Shown in pieces: positions 59,362 through 64,000 of a DNA stretch of 64,000 bases. This stretch comes from Candidatus Hodarchaeota archaeon (lineage in GTDB: Archaea; Asgardarchaeota; Heimdallarchaeia; Hodarchaeales; Hodarchaeaceae): NCBI GenBank assembly GCA_029856365.1, contig JAHQWW010000004.1, positions 32,001-96,000 on the forward strand. Reading direction: 5' to 3'. The notes under the pieces are model-generated. The model made no database searches. It was not told the DNA's origin and saw only the letters and a list, made by a program, of their open reading frames with translations. The translations under genes and the position numbers were made by a program. Numbering within the stretch: position 1 is the stretch's first letter; every line of letters begins with the position of its first letter.

Positions 59362-60537
59362 ATGGCAAGAATCGCGGTCACGGGTGATGATGCAGTAGCC
59401 CTTGCTGCAAAAGCTGTTAATCCTGATGTTGTCGCTGCTTATCCTATCACCCCTCAAACAATCATAGTTGAAAGATTTGCTGATTTTGTCGCTGATGGTG
59501 AAGTTGATACTGAATTTGTCACAGTTGAATCAGAACACAGTGCGATGTCTGCTTGCGTGGGAGCTAGTTCTGTTGGTGCTCGTGTTTTCACAAGTACTGC
59601 TAGCGCTGGCCTCATGCTTATGTACGAAATAGTCTTTATTGCAGCATCTTCTCGTACACCCATTGTCATGGCGCTCGCCAACCGGGCAATAAGTGGTCCC
59701 ATAAATATCCATGGTGAAATGACAGATCAGATGCTCCTTCGAGACTCTGGTTGGATTAGTCTCTTCTGTGAGGATAACCAAGAAGCTCATGACCAAACCA
59801 TCATGGCTTTTAAGATCGGAGAACACCCTGATGTTTTATTACCTGTAGCTGTGGGCCTAGATGGATTTATCCTATCACATGCCATCGAGGGAATTGAAAA
59901 AGTTTCTCGTGAAGAAGCATTAAGATTCATAGGAGGAGAAAGAAAGACAGATCTGAAACTAGATACTTCAAAACCATTAAGTATTGGCCTTCTCCATTTA
60001 CAAGACTATTATATGGAAGCGCGAGCACAAATTAAAGATGCTCAGGATAGGGCGAAAAAAGTCATCTTAGATGTATTTAGCGAATGGGAAACACAAACTG
60101 GACGTAAATATGAGCCTATTGAATCTTACATGATGGAAGATGCTGAATATGCATTTATAACCATGGGCTCCTCTGCGGGAAATGCTCGAACAACTGTCGA
60201 TGAACTTCGTGCAAAAGGGGAAAAAGTGGGACTAATTAAGATCAGAGTATACCGTCCTTTCTGGAGCGATAGAATTGTTGAACTTTGCAAGAACCTGAAA
60301 GGATTAATCTCGGTTGAACGAGCTCATTCATTTGGAGGCCCTGGAGCCATTCTTAGCCAAGACATCAAATCAGCCCTTTATGGAAGTGGAATCTCTCCTT
60401 TACTAGCTGAATACACAATTGGACTAGGGGGCCGAGACACTCTCATCAGTGGCTACCATGGAATGTATAATAGAGCTAAGAAGGCTTTTGAAGAAGGTAA
60501 AAACTTACCAATTTTCTGGTGGGGGGTACGTGAATAA
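59362..60537 (+). CDS. porA: Pyruvate/2-oxoacid:ferredoxin oxidoreductase alpha subunit
   Basis: AAYPITPQT, VESEHSAMS, DGFILSH, GLGGRD. Confidence 0.95.
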   Translation: MARIAVTGDDAVALAAKAVNPDVVAAYPITPQTIIVERFADFVADGEVDTEFVTVESEHSAMSACVGASSVGARVFTSTASAGLMLMYEIVFIAASSRTPIVMALANRAISGPINIHGEMTDQMLLRDSGWISLFCEDNQEAHDQTIMAFKIGEHPDVLLPVAVGLDGFILSHAIEGIEKVSREEALRFIGGERKTDLKLDTSKPLSIGLLHLQDYYMEARAQIKDAQDRAKKVILDVFSEWETQTGRKYEPIESYMMEDAEYAFITMGSSAGNARTTVDELRAKGEKVGLIKIRVYRPFWSDRIVELCKNLKGLISVERAHSFGGPGAILSQDIKSALYGSGISPLLAEYTIGLGGRDTLISGYHGMYNRAKKAFEEGKNLPIFWWGVRE

Positions 60538-60550
60538 AGGAGGAGCTATC

Positions 60551-61516
60551 ATGACAATTAATGTTCCTAAATATAAATTGAAAGATTTAGTAGACAAACC
60601 CACCTATTTTACTGGTGGTCACCGTCTTTGCGCTGGCTGTGCTGCTGGATCAATGGCACGTCAAGTAACGATGGCTTTTAATAAACCAACAATGATCTTC
60701 AATTCGACTGGATGCCTCGAAGTAGCAAGTACTATATACCCATTCTCTGCTTGGGAAGTACCATGGCTCCATGTGGCATTTGAAAACTCAGCAGCAGTCG
60801 CTAGTGGCGTTGAAGCAGCAATCAAAGCAATGACAAGAAAGGGTACGTATACTGCTGGAAAAACTGACATCATAGTATTTGGTGGAGATGGGGGCACCTA
60901 CGATATTGGTATCCAAGCCATTTCTGGAGCTTTTGAAAGAGGTCATGACCTTCTTTACATATTATACGATAACGGAGCGTATATGAACACTGGAATCCAA
61001 CGATCTGGTGGTACACCATTCAGCGCTTCCACAACCACATCTCCTGCTGGTTCAGTAATTCCAGGAAAAACTCAATTTCGAAAACCTATAACTGAAATCA
61101 TGGTAGCTCATCGAATTCCCTTTGTAGCAACAGCTGCCCCTGCATATCCAGCAGACCTAATCGCTAAAGTTCGGGCTGGACTAGACGTAGATGGCCCTGC
61201 ATTTATGCACATTGAAGCTTCTTGCAACCGAGGACAACGATTTGACCCGGCAAAATCGATTGAATATGTCAAAATGGCTGTAGAAACATGTTTACATCCA
61301 TTATACACCGTAATCGACGGTGAATACACGCTTAGCCGACCTAGCGAACGAATTGCTAAAGATCCTTCAAGAAAAGTACCTCTAGTGGAATTTCTCAGGA
61401 AAGAAGGACGATGGCGTCACCTTTTCAGGCCTATTGAACGTACAGATCTTATTGAGAGATTTCAAACAGAAGTCGATAAGCATTGGGAAGAACTACTTGT
61501 AAAATCAGGCTTCTAA
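60551..61516 (+). CDS. porB: Pyruvate/2-oxoacid:ferredoxin oxidoreductase beta subunit
   Basis: GHRLCAGC, TGCLEV, GGDGGTYDIG and DNGAYMNTGIQRS TPP motif. AAGGAGGAG precedes ATG 60551; the track start at 60449 overlaps porA. Confidence 0.95.
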   Translation: MTINVPKYKLKDLVDKPTYFTGGHRLCAGCAAGSMARQVTMAFNKPTMIFNSTGCLEVASTIYPFSAWEVPWLHVAFENSAAVASGVEAAIKAMTRKGTYTAGKTDIIVFGGDGGTYDIGIQAISGAFERGHDLLYILYDNGAYMNTGIQRSGGTPFSASTTTSPAGSVIPGKTQFRKPITEIMVAHRIPFVATAAPAYPADLIAKVRAGLDVDGPAFMHIEASCNRGQRFDPAKSIEYVKMAVETCLHPLYTVIDGEYTLSRPSERIAKDPSRKVPLVEFLRKEGRWRHLFRPIERTDLIERFQTEVDKHWEELLVKSGF

Positions 61517-61540
61517 CCTTACCTCTTTTTTTCTTTTTCA
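61517..61540 (+). terminator. Oligo-T terminator after the por operon
   Basis: CTCTTTTTTTCTTTTT follows the porB stop. Confidence 0.45.
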
Positions 61541-61638
61541 ATATCTTATCCTAGATTAAGCTAATTTAAGTTTAGAGAGATCGGAATAAAAAGATTTTTA
61601 TCAGTTATTTATTTTGATAGTGAGCTGGAGTTCTAAAA

Positions 61639-61809
61639 TTGGCAGAATCAGGAATTATTGTTAAGGATACTGGAAAAGGGCTTCAACTTAATCTAGATGG
61701 AGAAATGTATAGAAAAATTGCTCAAGAATGGGAACAAGGCAAACTACGCCCATTTTATACTCATTTAAAGGATTTTATAAAGCATTTAGAAGAAGACTAT
61801 GGCTCCTAG
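61639..61809 (+). CDS. Small hypothetical protein (56 aa, below ORF-track cutoff)
   Basis: GGAG RBS plus TTG; MAESGIIVKDTGKGLQLNLDGEMYRKIAQEWEQGKLRPFYTHLKDFIKHLEEDYGS*; fills the gap and converges on the next gene. Confidence 0.6.
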   Translation: MAESGIIVKDTGKGLQLNLDGEMYRKIAQEWEQGKLRPFYTHLKDFIKHLEEDYGS

Positions 61810-61814
61810 AGATA

Positions 61815-62141
61815 CTACCAGTCATAAGGGGAGTTTCCATCTATCAACTCTCCAGAGAAAAGAATTAACAAATCATATATTTCTCGACATGCGGCTAATT
61901 GCTCCGAACTAATGTTTTGTTTTGTCTGTAATTTTAAAAGTAGTGTTTCCTCCTCCCAAGCAATTCGTATATCAATCATATCGCTTTTATAGAAGATATG
62001 AAAAATTGGAGTCTTTTCAGAATATTGAAACTGGATCTCATTCTCCCTTAGTTTCGTTTTCAAATCCTCTTTTATATCATTCCAGACGGATTTATCAGCA
62101 AACTGTACTATGAATTCATTTTGTTCTTGAACATCACTCAA
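61815..62141 (-). CDS. Hypothetical protein
   Basis: 108-aa ORF overlapping the upstream hydrolase stop. Confidence 0.7.
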   Translation of the reverse strand: MSDVQEQNEFIVQFADKSVWNDIKEDLKTKLRENEIQFQYSEKTPIFHIFYKSDMIDIRIAWEEETLLLKLQTKQNISSEQLAACREIYDLLILFSGELIDGNSPYDW

Positions 62142-63477
62142 TCTTAATTTGACTCCATTTTTCGGTTATAAATCTGTTAATTTCACCTGCTACCTTCTCT
62201 GGTTCTTCGAAAATCACCATGTGACCTCCTGGGATTTCCTTGAAAGTCAGTAGGTGGCGAGGAATGCATTCAATCATTTCATCTTTTAAATCTTCAGGAA
62301 TAAGCTGATCGTTTTCACCCCAAAGTACTAATAGGGGTTTTGTTAATGATTGGAGCTTTTTAGCATAATCCTTTGGTAAAAAATCTTTGAATATTTCATA
62401 ATATACATTATCAGGGATACTAAATGCATGTTGAATAAATGGATTTATGATCTCATTTTTAGTACCTTTAGAATAAAGTATCTTGGGAGCAAGTTTCTTA
62501 ACCTGTCCTCTGAATGAACTCCAAATCTGAGTTGGAGGCAAGAGTTTAACTCCCTTTCTAAAATTATCTGTAGCACGGTGGGCACCTGAGATTAAAGCAT
62601 ATTTTTTAATATTAGAGTACTTCGGATTCGTGAACTCTTCTAAAATAATCGCAGAAAACAGAGAATGAGCTACAAGGACAATTTCTTTTTCAGGGCCAAG
62701 GTACTCTAGAAAATCTTTAAGGTCTTGTATATAATCTTTTAATTTGAACTCTTCATCCTGTGTAATTGGTTCAACGAACCCACGAAGTCCTAAGATAATT
62801 ATTTGATATTGTCCGAGTAACGAAGAGATTAATGGATAATAATCCTCGATTCTTCCACCAACGGGTGACAGCAATAATAACACGGTAGAATGGGAGTTTG
62901 AAGTGCTGTAAAAACAAACTTTACGGTCATTAAGCTCTATTTCGCGGATTTGGTAAGGAAAAGTTGGTTCTAATGGTGAAAGAACAGTTTTTGTAGGTTT
63001 AATGGCAAATGATCGCAATCGTGAAGTGACATCCCCTAAAAATTGTTGGAATTGTTCAACAGGTGTCGTTAACAACTGTGCAAAAATTTGAATTACATCT
63101 GCTTCTAAATGTTCAATATCCTCGGACTCTAACGCTCGAGTTTCTTCTTGAAACGCTAAAATCTCATTCTTCACAAATTCTAAATCAGCTAAACTAAAAG
63201 AAAAGAGCGGATTCATCTCGTTTGGTGGTTCACCTAACTTTAATTGCAGATAATGCTGTTTTTTCATTTTCTGACGTTTTTCTATTATGATTACGTCCCG
63301 AAGATGCTTAAGAGGATAATTTACAATTATCAAAGGAGACCGTTCTGCTGTTTGGACTGCGAATTCGATCCGTTTTTTCGTATTATTCAGTCGTAAAATA
63401 CCATGACGTTTATCTCGTAAGCGTGAATCTCCTTCGTGATAAGTAGCTAACCATTCTGCTCTTATCTCTTTTGACAC
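62134..63477 (-). CDS. Alpha/beta hydrolase with N-terminal PH-like domain
   Basis: VLVAHSLF nucleophile elbow, WGENDQL, GGHMVIFEEP; about 110-aa N-terminal region of seven strands plus a helix. Confidence 0.82.
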   Translation of the reverse strand: MSKEIRAEWLATYHEGDSRLRDKRHGILRLNNTKKRIEFAVQTAERSPLIIVNYPLKHLRDVIIIEKRQKMKKQHYLQLKLGEPPNEMNPLFSFSLADLEFVKNEILAFQEETRALESEDIEHLEADVIQIFAQLLTTPVEQFQQFLGDVTSRLRSFAIKPTKTVLSPLEPTFPYQIREIELNDRKVCFYSTSNSHSTVLLLLSPVGGRIEDYYPLISSLLGQYQIIILGLRGFVEPITQDEEFKLKDYIQDLKDFLEYLGPEKEIVLVAHSLFSAIILEEFTNPKYSNIKKYALISGAHRATDNFRKGVKLLPPTQIWSSFRGQVKKLAPKILYSKGTKNEIINPFIQHAFSIPDNVYYEIFKDFLPKDYAKKLQSLTKPLLVLWGENDQLIPEDLKDEMIECIPRHLLTFKEIPGGHMVIFEEPEKVAGEINRFITEKWSQIKIE

Positions 63478-63510
63478 GTTATCATGCTTCCTTACGGGTA
63501 TTTGCTTGAT

Positions 63511-63855
63511 CTAAGTTGTCTTTAAATTTGGAATTATACATAAGAAAACTAAATCTTCTTCTCCAGTGTTCCGATAACCATGGGATTCATCCGAGGGGAC
63601 ATATAGTGTGTCTTCTGGGTGAATATGAAACTCCTCGGAATCAGTGAAAACAATCCCTTCTCCTGAAAGAATGAAAATCTCATGTTCTTCTACATGATTG
63701 TGTATCCCTATTTCCCCACCTGGTCTAATCACAAATCTCCTGAGAGAAAAATGAGGCGCTTCCTCTTTAGACCATAACCATTGAATTGTTGTACCCGAGG
63801 ATCCGTACATGGTTACATTTTCAGAAGAGATATCTATCACTTTCTTCAAATTCAT
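63511..63855 (-). CDS. Cupin domain protein
   Basis: PGGEIGIHNHVEEHEIFILSGEG...VPSDESHGYRN. Confidence 0.92.
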   Translation of the reverse strand: MNLKKVIDISSENVTMYGSSGTTIQWLWSKEEAPHFSLRRFVIRPGGEIGIHNHVEEHEIFILSGEGIVFTDSEEFHIHPEDTLYVPSDESHGYRNTGEEDLVFLCIIPNLKTT

Positions 63856-63903
63856 TTTATTACCTTCAACTGCCTATATAAGACTTGTGTTTCACAAATA
63901 AAC

Positions 63904-64000
63904 TCATTTATCAGTTAATTTCTTGCTTGTTTGGTGAATCCTTTCCTTAACCATATTAGTAACTCCACTCTTCTCCAGTTCTTCTTTTATAGATTCTTTA
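63904..64000 (-). CDS. 3' end of a gene entering from the right edge
   Basis: Open frame KESIKEELEKSGVTNMVKERIHQTSKKLTDK* co-oriented with the cupin gene. Confidence 0.5.
   Translation of the reverse strand, partial: KESIKEELEKSGVTNMVKERIHQTSKKLTDK

Noticed and set aside
60449-60550. Extended N-terminus of porB from the ORF track
   Set aside because: Overlaps porA; a strong RBS supports ATG 60551

Overview
AT-rich archaeal chromosomal segment, most consistent with an Asgard archaeon (probably the Heimdallarchaeia/Hodarchaeales group; inferred from gene content only). Eukaryote-like genes include a DNA polymerase epsilon-like PolB carrying a 444-aa LAGLIDADG intein, a gelsolin-domain protein, five Rab-like small GTPases and a uDENN/longin-TPR protein. 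Core genes include an intron-containing tRNA-Cys, class II HMG-CoA reductase, rocD, dUTPase, a DPM1-like GT2 and a porGDAB operon. Four loci deserve follow-up. (1) An SMC locus has smc-scpA, two different ScpB/kite paralogues, and between them a TrmB-family protein whose dimerisation helix appears expanded to about 590 aa, plus a decayed copy of its 3' end. (2) Three large N6-adenine methyltransferases with no visible nuclease are clustered with a short MutY-like glycosylase next to the Pol-epsilon gene. (3) A three-gene operon encodes a SNAP-like/Ig-repeat protein and a uDENN-TPR protein. (4) A cluster encodes a roadblock-like protein, a repeat coiled coil and two atypical GTPases. No CRISPR array, rRNA or transposase was seen. 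All family calls come from motif recognition by eye, with no database search.
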